NCBI GenBank assembly: GCA_016193485.1
Contig: JACPRZ010000061.1
Span: 6,855 to 70,854, forward strand
Direction of reading: 5' to 3'
DNA length: 64,000 nucleotides
Source of the DNA: Bacteroidota bacterium
GTDB taxonomy: Bacteria > Bacteroidota > Bacteroidia > JACPRZ01
In this document: one piece after another, positions 1-9,546 of the stretch
Layout of the letters: every line of letters begins with the position of its first letter
Numbering within the stretch: the stretch's first letter is position 1
Translations under genes and position numbers: made by a program
Notes under the pieces: generated by a model
What the model was told of the DNA's origin: nothing
What the model saw: only the letters and a program-made list of their open reading frames with translations
The model's database searches: none

Positions 1-852
1 AACGGGGATGGCGGTGCCGGAGATGGCGTATATGGAATTTCCATACCGGTATCTTCGCCCGAAATTCAATATTATATTTATGCCGATAATAGCAATGCCG
101 GCATATTCTTCCCCCCCCGTGCCGAACATGAGTGGTACACTATTGATGCGGACTATGCAACAGTTACTTCCGGACAGGTTGTAGTCAATGAATTGATGGC
201 TGTGAACAACACTACCCAGGCGAACGGCTTGGGTAATTTCGGTGACTGGATAGAACTCTACAACAACACTAACGATACCGTTTCGCTTGATAATCTTTAT
301 TTGTCGGATGACATGGCAGTACCCGTAAAATGGCAATTCCCGGACGGAACGAATATCCTTCCCAATGACTTTCTGATCGTGTGGGCGGATAATGATGTAT
401 ATGCCAGTGAAAATCATAGCGGGTTCAAACTTGCATCTACCGGTGAGGCAGTGATTTTATCCTATGCCAACGGGACCATCATTGACAGCATCTCTTTTCC
501 TTCTCAAACCGCAGATGTGTCATATTCAAGGTGCCCTGATGGGACAGGGCAATTTATCAATTCCCCACCTTCTTTTGACAGCAGCAATAATTGCTCGGTG
601 GGTCTGGCGGAAGTCACTAATGATAACGGATTGGTTATTTATCCGAATCCGTCAACCATCGGAAGGGTGCGAATCATTTCAAATAGCGAACCCATCGCTA
701 AACTTGAAGTTTATGACTTTACGGGGAGAAAAATTTTATTCCGGGACGGTGGCGGCAAAACGGTGATGTCTATTGACCTGAACGGACATGGAAAAGGTAT
801 TTATTTACTCAGGATAAATAACCGCATAATGGAAAAGGTATTATTTGAATAA
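1..852 (+). CDS. 5'-truncated CotH-family paralog: lamin-tail domain plus T9SS C-terminal sorting domain
   Basis: Frame 1 is open from base 1 (NGDGGAGDGVYG...). It aligns to the C-terminal third of 2634..4877 (INE.MA.N.TTQANGLGNF.DWIELYN) and ends in a YPNP-type CTD. Confidence 0.85.
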   Translation, partial: NGDGGAGDGVYGISIPVSSPEIQYYIYADNSNAGIFFPPRAEHEWYTIDADYATVTSGQVVVNELMAVNNTTQANGLGNFGDWIELYNNTNDTVSLDNLYLSDDMAVPVKWQFPDGTNILPNDFLIVWADNDVYASENHSGFKLASTGEAVILSYANGTIIDSISFPSQTADVSYSRCPDGTGQFINSPPSFDSSNNCSVGLAEVTNDNGLVIYPNPSTIGRVRIISNSEPIAKLEVYDFTGRKILFRDGGGKTVMSIDLNGHGKGIYLLRINNRIMEKVLFE

Positions 853-881
853 TTTTCCGAATGCGGACATAATTTTTTCTC

Positions 882-2156
882 ATGAAAACCTCATGGATTA
901 TCACATTTTTCGGGTGCTTTACCTTATTGTCGATCCATAACCGGTCAGCATGTCAGTCAACCGTTATATCAATAGCGGACGGCAACTGGACAAATCCTGC
1001 TACGTGGGATTGTAATTGTATTCCATTGCCGGGAGATGTTATCATTGTCAATTCCGATGTTGTACTGGACATGAACTGGTCAACCGACAGTTCGCTTACC
1101 GTTACGCCCGGCTCATCGCTCATTGAAAACGGGACGCGGACATTTGCGGTTTATGGCAGTTTTATTAATAACGGCACAGTGGATATTTCCCGTTTTGGAG
1201 TCTGGGGCGGTTCAGTCATAAACAATGATTCCATGAGAATCAACCAGGCATTTTATAATGACGCTGAATTTGAAAATCACGACCGGCTGGTTGATATTGA
1301 CAGCATGACCAATGCCGGAACATTGAAAAACCTTGATTCAGCATATATTTTCGTCCAATTGTACACTAATTCCGATTCAATGGTTAATGAGGGTACAATT
1401 ATGGCTGGCGGCCACACTAACATGGGAAAAAGTTACAATTCCGGCACTTTAAATTTCACCGATTACACCAATGCAGGCACCGCTTATAATTCAGGAACAC
1501 TTTTCTTTAATGATTTTACGAATGCCATAACAGGAACTTTCAATAATTCAGCTCTCATCACAGGGACAAATGATTTCCTGAATGCCGGCACTTTTTCAAA
1601 CCTGAGCACCGGAAGTTTTACAATCGCCCGTGATTTTTACAATAGTGACGGCACTGCACCCGGCTGGGCTCTCTTCCTTAATAACGGGTTTGTTGAAGTT
1701 GGCGATGACTGGCTCAATGTTGATTCCGTATTCGGAAGTACCGGAAGGTTCTGTATCCAGGATTCAACAGCAAATACAGGAATGATGGCCGGCACTTTTG
1801 ATTTCTGCGATAAAACCCCCCCTGCCTCGCAGCCATTTATTGATTTTAACACCGGGACTATCCGCCCGGGAATAACATGGTGCACACAGTCGTGCAATAC
1901 GGGAGTTACAGAGTTACGCGATGATGGTTACCGGTTACGGGTATATCCAAACCCTGCGATCAAAAGCTATATAAAGATTGTATCTGCCGGTGATCCCATT
2001 TACAAAATTGAAGTTTTCGATATTAACGGAAGAATGATTGTTTCAAAAGATGATTTTTCCGGCAATGATTTTAATATCGAATTAACGGATTTTCAAAAAG
2101 GATTCTACCTATTCAGAGTAAATGATAAACCAATCCAAAAAATAATAGTGGAATAA
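882..2156 (+). CDS. T9SS-secreted Asn/Gly-rich beta-helix-like protein
   Basis: Signal peptide, ADGNWTNPATWD start, short N..GT..N repeats and a VYPNP...KIIVE CTD. Confidence 0.75.
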   Translation: MKTSWIITFFGCFTLLSIHNRSACQSTVISIADGNWTNPATWDCNCIPLPGDVIIVNSDVVLDMNWSTDSSLTVTPGSSLIENGTRTFAVYGSFINNGTVDISRFGVWGGSVINNDSMRINQAFYNDAEFENHDRLVDIDSMTNAGTLKNLDSAYIFVQLYTNSDSMVNEGTIMAGGHTNMGKSYNSGTLNFTDYTNAGTAYNSGTLFFNDFTNAITGTFNNSALITGTNDFLNAGTFSNLSTGSFTIARDFYNSDGTAPGWALFLNNGFVEVGDDWLNVDSVFGSTGRFCIQDSTANTGMMAGTFDFCDKTPPASQPFIDFNTGTIRPGITWCTQSCNTGVTELRDDGYRLRVYPNPAIKSYIKIVSAGDPIYKIEVFDINGRMIVSKDDFSGNDFNIELTDFQKGFYLFRVNDKPIQKIIVE

Positions 2157-2165
2157 TTTTCCGGG

Positions 2166-2621
2166 ATGAAATCAAAAAGCACTTCACCTCAACAATACAT
2201 TAATTCGCTGCCCCCTGGACGCAAGGCAGCCATGGCTGAATTAAGGAAAGTTATTCTTAATAATCTCCCCCCAGGTTTTTCCGAAGAGATGAATTATGGA
2301 ATGGTCGGCTATGTGGTTCCTCACTCCTTATATCCCAAGGGATACCATTGCAACCCCAAACAACCGCTACCTTTTATGTGTATTGCTTCACAGAAAAATT
2401 TCATTGCATTATATCACATGGGTATTTATGCGGATAAAAAACTTTTGGAATGGTTCACCGTTGAATATCCGAAATATTCCAAAACCAAGTTGGATATGGG
2501 AAAAAGTTGCATACGGTTCAAGAAAGTTGATAACATTCCCTTTAAATTAGTCGGTGAACTGGCTGCAAAAATGACACCCGGAGATTGGATCAGTTTATAT
2601 GAAATACAATTAAAGAAATAA
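2166..2621 (+). CDS. DUF1801 domain protein
   Basis: Typical sequence YGMVGYVVPHSLYPKGYHC...LASQKN-like...DMGKSCIRFK. Confidence 0.85.
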   Translation: MKSKSTSPQQYINSLPPGRKAAMAELRKVILNNLPPGFSEEMNYGMVGYVVPHSLYPKGYHCNPKQPLPFMCIASQKNFIALYHMGIYADKKLLEWFTVEYPKYSKTKLDMGKSCIRFKKVDNIPFKLVGELAAKMTPGDWISLYEIQLKK

Positions 2622-2633
2622 ACGTTAATAATT

Positions 2634-4877
2634 ATGAATATTTTTTGCTGTGTTTTATTACCGGTTTTTCTCACTTCTTTCGTCTTTGCCCAGGATTTTT
2701 ATTCACCAGGCGCTATCCAGAAAATCGAAATCTCTTTCGAGCAGTCCAACTGGGATTATATTCTTGATACCAACAAGCAGGGAAAAGACGGGTACACACT
2801 TGCCAAATGGGTAAAAATCAACGGAGTTCAGTTTGACAGTGCCGGGGTGAAATATAAGGGAAACAGTTCCTATAAGCCGAACTTCGTAAAAAATCCTCTG
2901 CATATTGAACTTGATTATGTGAAAGACCAGGATTACCAGGGATATAAGGACATCAAACTTGCAAACGGATACCATGAGCCGTCTTTTATCCGCGAAGCGC
3001 TTACCTATTCAATAGTGGGAAAATATATGCCTGCCTCGCTTTCAAATTTTGCTCAGGTTTATATTAATGGTCAATATATGGGACTCTATGGAAACAGCGA
3101 AGCGGTTACAAAGACATTTGTTGATAAACACTTTTTTTCAAACGATTATTCATTTTTCTTCATGGATAATGTAGGAGGAAATCTGCGGTACAAAGGTCCG
3201 GACAGTTCTCAATATTATTTCACCTATACAATAAAATCCGATTACGGGTGGGCTGACCTGCTGAACTTTTGCTCCACGCTTAAATTTAATATCAGCGCAA
3301 TAGAAAACGTGCTTGATGTTGACCGTACGCTCTGGATGCTTGCCCTTACTAATGCCACGGTGACATTGGACAGTTATATCGGACAACCATCGCACAACTA
3401 TTATTTATATGAAGACCATAACGGCAGGTTCAATCCCATTATTTGGGATTTGAACGGGGCTTTCGGGATATTCAATAAATCGGGTGTCGGAGCGCCTTTA
3501 ACCGGAACCCAGATGCAAACGCTGTCACCAAACCTGCACATCAACGATACCATGTGGCCACTGGTAAAAAATGTTCTTGGGGTACCGATGTTTAAACGGA
3601 TGTACATCGCTCACATGCGAACTGTTATTGATGAGAATTTTTCCGATTCATCTTATTATTACAATGCTCTCTTTCATCAGGCCGTAATTGACACCGCTTT
3701 TCAATCGGATCCGAACGCATTCTACACCTATTCTGAATTTCTCAATAATATTACCGCTACCGTTGTTGACAGCGATGGGAAAGTAGTAATAGGGATTACC
3801 GAACTTATGGAAGCGAGAAAAAATTATCTGTACTCCACACCGGAGTTCCAGCAGGCGCCTCCATCTGTTACCAATATTCAGCCGTCCGATACTTTCCCCC
3901 CCCTTGATTCAATCGTATATTTAACTGCGCAGGTTTCCAATGCCGCTTCGGTTTTTTGCGGGCTTCGTTATTCCATACTGGAAAAATTTACAAGGATTCA
4001 AATGTTTGATAACGGGCTTAACGGTGACGGTGCTGCCGGAGATGGAGTTTATGGCGTTCAAATAGCGGCCACCTCACCCGAAATTCATTATTACATCTAT
4101 GCCGAGAACAACACTGCCGGTATTTTCAGTCCGCAGCGGGCGGAGTATGAATATTACACTCTTAATTCCGATTATTCCACAGTTTCAGCAGGAGAGATCG
4201 TAATAAATGAAATGATGGCGGTAAACGGCACAACCCAGGCAAACGGGCTCGGTAACTTTAACGACTGGATTGAACTGTATAATACAACTACGGATACCAT
4301 TTTAATGGACAATCTCTATCTTTCGGATGACGCTGCAACGCCAACAAAGTGGCAATTCCCATTCGGCACAAAAATTTTTCCAAATGATTACCTGATGGTC
4401 TGGGCTGATGATGATATTTTAACCGGTGAACACCACAGCGGGTTCAAACTTTCAGGCACCGGTGAGCAACTGATTTTATCATATGCAAACGGTACCGTTA
4501 TTGACAGCATATCATTTCCGACACAATCAACCGATGTTACTTATGGCAGGTACCCCAATGGTAGCGGACCGTTTATCTATCTGACGCCAACCTATGATTC
4601 TGTTAATATGCCCCTCGTAAGCATTGAAGAATTAAACTCAGCAAATGGATATATTCTCTTTCCGAATCCTTCAAATGATGGTAAGGTTCAGGTGGTTTCC
4701 CTGTACGAACCAATTTCGAATATTGAAGTTTATGATTTTACCGGGAGAAAAATTTTTGCAAGACATGCAATCAGTACAAGAAAAATTTTAATGGATGTGA
4801 GCATTTTTGGTAATGGAATCTATCTTATAATGGTAAATGAAATTTGTACGGCAATAATTACTGTATTAAATGATTAA
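2634..4877 (+). CDS. CotH kinase family protein with lamin-tail domain and T9SS CTD
   Basis: GVKYKGNSSY, IREALTYSI, DSY...HNYYLY...WDLNGAFG kinase motifs, then the LTD and an FPNP CTD. Confidence 0.9.
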   Translation: MNIFCCVLLPVFLTSFVFAQDFYSPGAIQKIEISFEQSNWDYILDTNKQGKDGYTLAKWVKINGVQFDSAGVKYKGNSSYKPNFVKNPLHIELDYVKDQDYQGYKDIKLANGYHEPSFIREALTYSIVGKYMPASLSNFAQVYINGQYMGLYGNSEAVTKTFVDKHFFSNDYSFFFMDNVGGNLRYKGPDSSQYYFTYTIKSDYGWADLLNFCSTLKFNISAIENVLDVDRTLWMLALTNATVTLDSYIGQPSHNYYLYEDHNGRFNPIIWDLNGAFGIFNKSGVGAPLTGTQMQTLSPNLHINDTMWPLVKNVLGVPMFKRMYIAHMRTVIDENFSDSSYYYNALFHQAVIDTAFQSDPNAFYTYSEFLNNITATVVDSDGKVVIGITELMEARKNYLYSTPEFQQAPPSVTNIQPSDTFPPLDSIVYLTAQVSNAASVFCGLRYSILEKFTRIQMFDNGLNGDGAAGDGVYGVQIAATSPEIHYYIYAENNTAGIFSPQRAEYEYYTLNSDYSTVSAGEIVINEMMAVNGTTQANGLGNFNDWIELYNTTTDTILMDNLYLSDDAATPTKWQFPFGTKIFPNDYLMVWADDDILTGEHHSGFKLSGTGEQLILSYANGTVIDSISFPTQSTDVTYGRYPNGSGPFIYLTPTYDSVNMPLVSIEELNSANGYILFPNPSNDGKVQVVSLYEPISNIEVYDFTGRKIFARHAISTRKILMDVSIFGNGIYLIMVNEICTAIITVLND

Positions 4878-5876
4878 ATTTTTATTTTGAATAATTGAAT
4901 CCGGTAATTTTTTAAAAACCGCTTCTGTCAGATTTTTAAAGTCTTCATAGACATTTCTCACCGCTTCAACATGCCCTCCAATTATTCCATCTGCAGGTTT
5001 TAATAAAAACATTGGCTTATGCGCTTCCATTGCCAAAGGCGCCAAACTATGATAATGCTTTAGCATGGCAAGTTGATAAGGATCTGATTCAACGCTTATT
5101 TCTTCCTTTTTATCTGCTTCCAGAACATATTGCCTGTATGCCCCTGGAATTTTATTTGCCCATTTAAGGTAAGATTTCACGGGTCTTGTTTCCCTTATGC
5201 CATGCTGCATCACAATATAACCTATCGGCTCCATAGTACCTTCCGGAATAATAAGTTCCCGGTTCAGATTGCCACCCCAGCGGGTTTTCCACTGAATTCT
5301 CCATTCCTTTAAAGTTGAGCCGAGATTCTTTAATCCCTGCAATGAAAAAAGATCAGCAGTCATTGGAATGATGACATAATCTGCGGCTATCATTATTGCC
5401 CGGTTTAAGGCACCCAAATTCGGGCCTACATCCACAATAACAAAATCAGCATTTTGGCTGCTTGCAGATTCCTTAATAATCCTGTAAAAGGAGGAAATTA
5501 CCCTGAAGGCAGCTTCTTTTCTATCCATACATTTCCCCCAATTTTCGCTTAACTCATCTTCAAACACTGATAATTCCAAATCTCCGCAAATTAAACCCAA
5601 ACAATCCGTGATTTTTTCAATTTCACCTTTTGCAATATCTCCGGTTCCAGTTAATATAGGATTAATTGCTTTTAGTATTGTCGGTCTATTTTCCTGCATT
5701 GAAAAAATTTCTTCCAACCTTTCCTGAGTCAAAAACATGGATGTTAAATTGGACTGGGGATCAAGATCAACTGCCAATACCATGTATCCCAACTCGGAAA
5801 GCATATACGAAAAATGATAGACCAGAGTGGTTTTCCCAACTCCCCCCTTATTGTTGAAAAAGACGATAGTGGTCAT
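4866..5876 (-). CDS. ParA/MinD-family ATPase (orphan, no ParB)
   Basis: Deviant Walker A NNKGGVGKTT, DLDPQSNLT and VDVGPNLG. Its start overlaps the upstream stop (TAATG). Confidence 0.85.
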   Translation of the reverse strand: MTTIVFFNNKGGVGKTTLVYHFSYMLSELGYMVLAVDLDPQSNLTSMFLTQERLEEIFSMQENRPTILKAINPILTGTGDIAKGEIEKITDCLGLICGDLELSVFEDELSENWGKCMDRKEAAFRVISSFYRIIKESASSQNADFVIVDVGPNLGALNRAIMIAADYVIIPMTADLFSLQGLKNLGSTLKEWRIQWKTRWGGNLNRELIIPEGTMEPIGYIVMQHGIRETRPVKSYLKWANKIPGAYRQYVLEADKKEEISVESDPYQLAMLKHYHSLAPLAMEAHKPMFLLKPADGIIGGHVEAVRNVYEDFKNLTEAVFKKLPDSIIQNKNLII

Positions 5877-7072
5877 TAAGAGATGCGTGCAAAAATTTTT
5901 ACCGAAAATGTATACCTGTCATTAATTATTAAATCGGGAGGGTTATTGCCGTTCTTTTTTAGTTCTTCCTGCGCCCTCAGAATCCCGATATTAAATCTGT
6001 TTACATATCCAAGATTTTTTACAGCTTCGGCAAGGGCAGGATTCCTGTAATCATTGACACGCGGAAAATTTTCCGGGGTTACCAGTCCATAAAGTCCCCC
6101 AGGGTTTGTAATTTCAATGCAATTTTCAAATTCATAAAATTTAACAAATGAATTGCTCTGATAATCGCGGTGAATTATTGCATTGAAAAGAAATTCACGT
6201 ATTGCCCATGCAGGATAATTGTTAAAATATTCTTCCTGAATACTTTTGTTTTTTCTAACGGCTTTTGTTTTAATAATTTGAGCGTTGATAAATTCATCCA
6301 ATACTTTCATCTGGGTTGTCAGGTCACCGCTGAATTTTTTTTCCAAGTCAAATTCATCTGTAACAGATGTTCCTTTAAAACGGATGTACTGAATATAGGC
6401 GCCCGGAAGGAAATGCATGGGATTTATACCAAACATTAAAATTCCCGCAACCGTAGGGCAATTATGTTTTATATCATAAAACTGCAGAGATGCCAATTGG
6501 TTAACGGATTCCCGATTATTTGCCTTGAGCGTTTCACCATCTATTGCATTGGGAAGGTAAACCGTGCGGAATATTTCCATACTAAGGTCATTCATTGTAC
6601 TGCCAAGGCATGGAAATGCATCATAGGTTCTTGCATTAGTTGACCTCTTTTCGTTTAGTATTCTTTCTTCCTGTTCGTTGGCTACACCCCTGCGGGGACC
6701 AATCCGGATATAAATTTGATGCTTAAATTTTACAGGAGGCAATGTAGAGGGTTGAACTTCCACTACAGCCACGTCTCCATCTGGTAAAATAAATCTAGCG
6801 ACTGTTATTGCGGGTGGCGGTACAATTCTCCCGTCATTTCTGAAATCCATTAGTAATTGCAACAGCGGCTCGGTTACCATGAGACCATTTAATAAATTAT
6901 CCTTCTTCACTCCAATAATAAGGTATCCGGGCTTATTATGGTTAGGCAGATCATTGGCAAAAGAGCATATTGCCTCACCGAATTTCTGAGAATCGGTAGT
7001 TGATTCGGTTTTTTCTATCCTGTCATCTTCTGGATTGCTAATAAAATTTATTAATTGTTCCCTTGAAATCAT
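5876..7072 (-). CDS. AlbA_2 (Schlafen-like) domain fused to RecG-C/HATPase_c_4-like domain
   Basis: EDDRIEKT, ICSFAND...GYLIIGV, REFLFNAIIHRDY, IEITNPGGL and YRNPALAE motifs. Confidence 0.85.
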   Translation of the reverse strand: MISREQLINFISNPEDDRIEKTESTTDSQKFGEAICSFANDLPNHNKPGYLIIGVKKDNLLNGLMVTEPLLQLLMDFRNDGRIVPPPAITVARFILPDGDVAVVEVQPSTLPPVKFKHQIYIRIGPRRGVANEQEERILNEKRSTNARTYDAFPCLGSTMNDLSMEIFRTVYLPNAIDGETLKANNRESVNQLASLQFYDIKHNCPTVAGILMFGINPMHFLPGAYIQYIRFKGTSVTDEFDLEKKFSGDLTTQMKVLDEFINAQIIKTKAVRKNKSIQEEYFNNYPAWAIREFLFNAIIHRDYQSNSFVKFYEFENCIEITNPGGLYGLVTPENFPRVNDYRNPALAEAVKNLGYVNRFNIGILRAQEELKKNGNNPPDLIINDRYTFSVKIFARIS

Positions 7073-7076
7073 AACA

Positions 7077-7084
7077 CAAAGTTA
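7077..7084 (-). promoter_or_regulatory. Bacteroidota -7 promoter (TAACTTTG) for the AlbA_2-ParA pair
   Basis: Matches TAnnTTTG, immediately upstream of the ATG at 7072. Confidence 0.6.
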
Positions 7085-7100
7085 ACATTAAAAATGATAT

Positions 7101-7943
7101 TCACAGATTTATCTCCCTCACCATTTGCTGCCTGTCATCCACAAAAAGTTTGCAGAAATAACTGCCGCGCTTCCATAAAGAAACATCCAGCACAAAAACA
7201 TATTCATGATCATCCGGATGATGCGGCAGGTTTAAGAAAAGTTTCTGAACAATATTGTTGTTTTCGTCATATAGGATTAAGGATGCCAGTCCGTTGTTCG
7301 CAAGATAATATTGAAAATTTGCAAATAATTTCACCGGGATCCCCGTGAAAAGATGGGCTGTATCCTGTTTGTATTCCAGCGTGTACCATGGAATGGGTTT
7401 CCCTGTCACCTGATGAAGAAGTTTGTGCAAATCCTTTACCAAAGGATCATCCGTTGCATGAACGGATTCAATAGGAATATTGTTTGAGAGAACCCATACT
7501 GCATGTTGTCCTGTGCCATTGTAGTAATTATATTTTCCGATAAACCGGGCTATTGCCTCCAGTGCTTTACCTGCCATGTCGCCAACCGTGGATTTCGCAT
7601 CTTTTACCGGTGAACGGTCGGTCATCTCCATGCACATTCCGAAAATGTCACGTTTCAATGTCTGCCCCACGGTAAGGAAAAACGAATCGGCACCGGTGAT
7701 AAGGATGTTCTGGAACGCGCTGTCACCGGCAATAAGAACCCTTCCGGCTTCTATGCGCAGAAAAACCGTATCGTAGGAAATGTTTTTCACTTCCATTTCA
7801 ATACAGTTGCCGGTATGCCCCCCCCTGGAGCGGATCCGGATATCAATAAGATTTTTTAACAGGGCATCTTTCACCGAAATCCTGGTAAGGGGAAATATAT
7901 CCCGGCAGGCAAACAAAAAAATAAGAGTGCAAAATATCTTCAC
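7101..7943 (-). CDS. Hypothetical exported protein
   Basis: 280-aa ORF with a signal-like N-terminus. No family recognised. Confidence 0.65.
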   Translation of the reverse strand: MKIFCTLIFLFACRDIFPLTRISVKDALLKNLIDIRIRSRGGHTGNCIEMEVKNISYDTVFLRIEAGRVLIAGDSAFQNILITGADSFFLTVGQTLKRDIFGMCMEMTDRSPVKDAKSTVGDMAGKALEAIARFIGKYNYYNGTGQHAVWVLSNNIPIESVHATDDPLVKDLHKLLHQVTGKPIPWYTLEYKQDTAHLFTGIPVKLFANFQYYLANNGLASLILYDENNNIVQKLFLNLPHHPDDHEYVFVLDVSLWKRGSYFCKLFVDDRQQMVREINL

Positions 7944-8050
7944 GGGTTAACGATTTACCCTGTTAAACGTGTAAAGTTACCACTTATTTGAAAAATCAAA
8001 TCGTAACCAGGTTGAATATTTTATTACGTTTGTGGTCTAACACTGTAGTT

Positions 8051-9409
8051 ATGAAATTAATCACTATTGCCACCTGTATCGCTTTACTACCGTTTTTCTG
8101 CGGAAACGTTTCTTCCCAGGTTCCCTGGTGTGCCACTGATAATGTTTACCGGGAATATCAGAAGCAAAACCCGGCAATTAATATCCTTCACAGACAATCG
8201 GAAAACGGTTTTGTACAATGGCTGAAAAATAATGTGCAAATGCTGAAGCAACAATCCGCTGCACCGGTGATTACCATTCCCGTTGTTTTTCATATAGTAT
8301 ATCATGTCGATTCACCGCAGCAGAACATCCCCGATGCGGCTATTTTTTCACAGATGGATGTCATTAACCGCGACTTCCGAAGGTTAAACGGGGACACGGA
8401 TGATGTACGCGTTATTTTCGATTCGCTTCAGGCAGATATACAATTTGAATTCTGCCTCGCTTCGGTTGATCCGTCCGGTAACCAAACAACCGGCATTGTC
8501 AGGACGGCTGCCACTGTCGGTGCATGGGATTTTTACAATAATGATCAGGACAGTATGAAGTTTTCAATCGCGGGGGGGGATGATGCCTGGCCTAAAGATT
8601 CATATCTGAACATCTGGACTGCTAACATGACTTTTTTCGGATATGGCGGCATCCTCGGTTTTTCACATTTTCCATGGGATACCAACAGCGCTACGGATGG
8701 CATCGTGTTGCAGTATAATGCCGTGGGTAATCCCAGTTACCCGTACGGTATGCCCCCCGGAAACGGCCGGCCGCTCACGCATGAAATCGGTCACTGGTTC
8801 GGACTTTTTCATACATGGGGTAATGAATCATTTTTCCCCGGCTGCGATTCTTCCGATTATGTTGACGACACTCCTAACCAGAACGGGCAGTCAAATAATG
8901 ATTGCAGCCAATCAGCCAATACATGTGCAAACGAATCTCCCTTCTGGGGCGCAGTAAATCCTCCCGACATGGTAGAAAACCACCTCGACTATTCCAGCGA
9001 TACCTGCCGGTGTATGTTTTCGAAAGGGCAAAAGTCGCGCATGTTCTACTATCTCTATAATTACCGTTCTTCGCTTTTTAATGCAGTTGTATGCGATACT
9101 TCAACCGGCATAATGGGGGGGGATGGAGAAGCGTATTTAGTTACAGTTTCACCAAACCCTATGCAGAATGTGGCGCGGATTACAATAGCAGGGGGTGTAA
9201 GGGAGATAGGTGAGATAAGGGAAATATCCCGTAGCAGTGTTATTTTCAGGTTGACGGATGTTTTCGGTCGGAACATAGAAATATTACATACTTCAAAATT
9301 ACCTGTAACTCTCTTTCTGCAACGAAATGGTTTGTTGGCCGGAATTTATTTTTATGAAGTTTCCGTTAACGGGATGAACGTGTACACAGGGAAATTGGTC
9401 ATCAATTAA
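8051..9409 (+). CDS. M43 (pappalysin-family) zinc metalloprotease with T9SS CTD
   Basis: HEIGHWFGLFHTW, IPVVFHIVY, NHLDYS and an SPNP CTD. The in-frame ATG at 8051 is preferred to the TTG at 7988. Confidence 0.9.
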   Translation: MKLITIATCIALLPFFCGNVSSQVPWCATDNVYREYQKQNPAINILHRQSENGFVQWLKNNVQMLKQQSAAPVITIPVVFHIVYHVDSPQQNIPDAAIFSQMDVINRDFRRLNGDTDDVRVIFDSLQADIQFEFCLASVDPSGNQTTGIVRTAATVGAWDFYNNDQDSMKFSIAGGDDAWPKDSYLNIWTANMTFFGYGGILGFSHFPWDTNSATDGIVLQYNAVGNPSYPYGMPPGNGRPLTHEIGHWFGLFHTWGNESFFPGCDSSDYVDDTPNQNGQSNNDCSQSANTCANESPFWGAVNPPDMVENHLDYSSDTCRCMFSKGQKSRMFYYLYNYRSSLFNAVVCDTSTGIMGGDGEAYLVTVSPNPMQNVARITIAGGVREIGEIREISRSSVIFRLTDVFGRNIEILHTSKLPVTLFLQRNGLLAGIYFYEVSVNGMNVYTGKLVIN

Positions 9410-9532
9410 TTTCAATAAATTTCTATTAATTTCCATCAGTTTCCTTTCATCCTGGCTGCAATACATTTCAGCAATCACCATTCGAATATCCCAATATCCT
9501 AATATCCTCATTCAGCATCTATAATTATTCCC

Positions 9533-9540
9533 TATGTTTG
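9533..9540 (+). promoter_or_regulatory. -7 promoter (TATGTTTG) of lnt
   Basis: TAnnTTTG match 7 nt before the ATG at 9547. Confidence 0.6.
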
Positions 9541-9546
9541 CAACGA

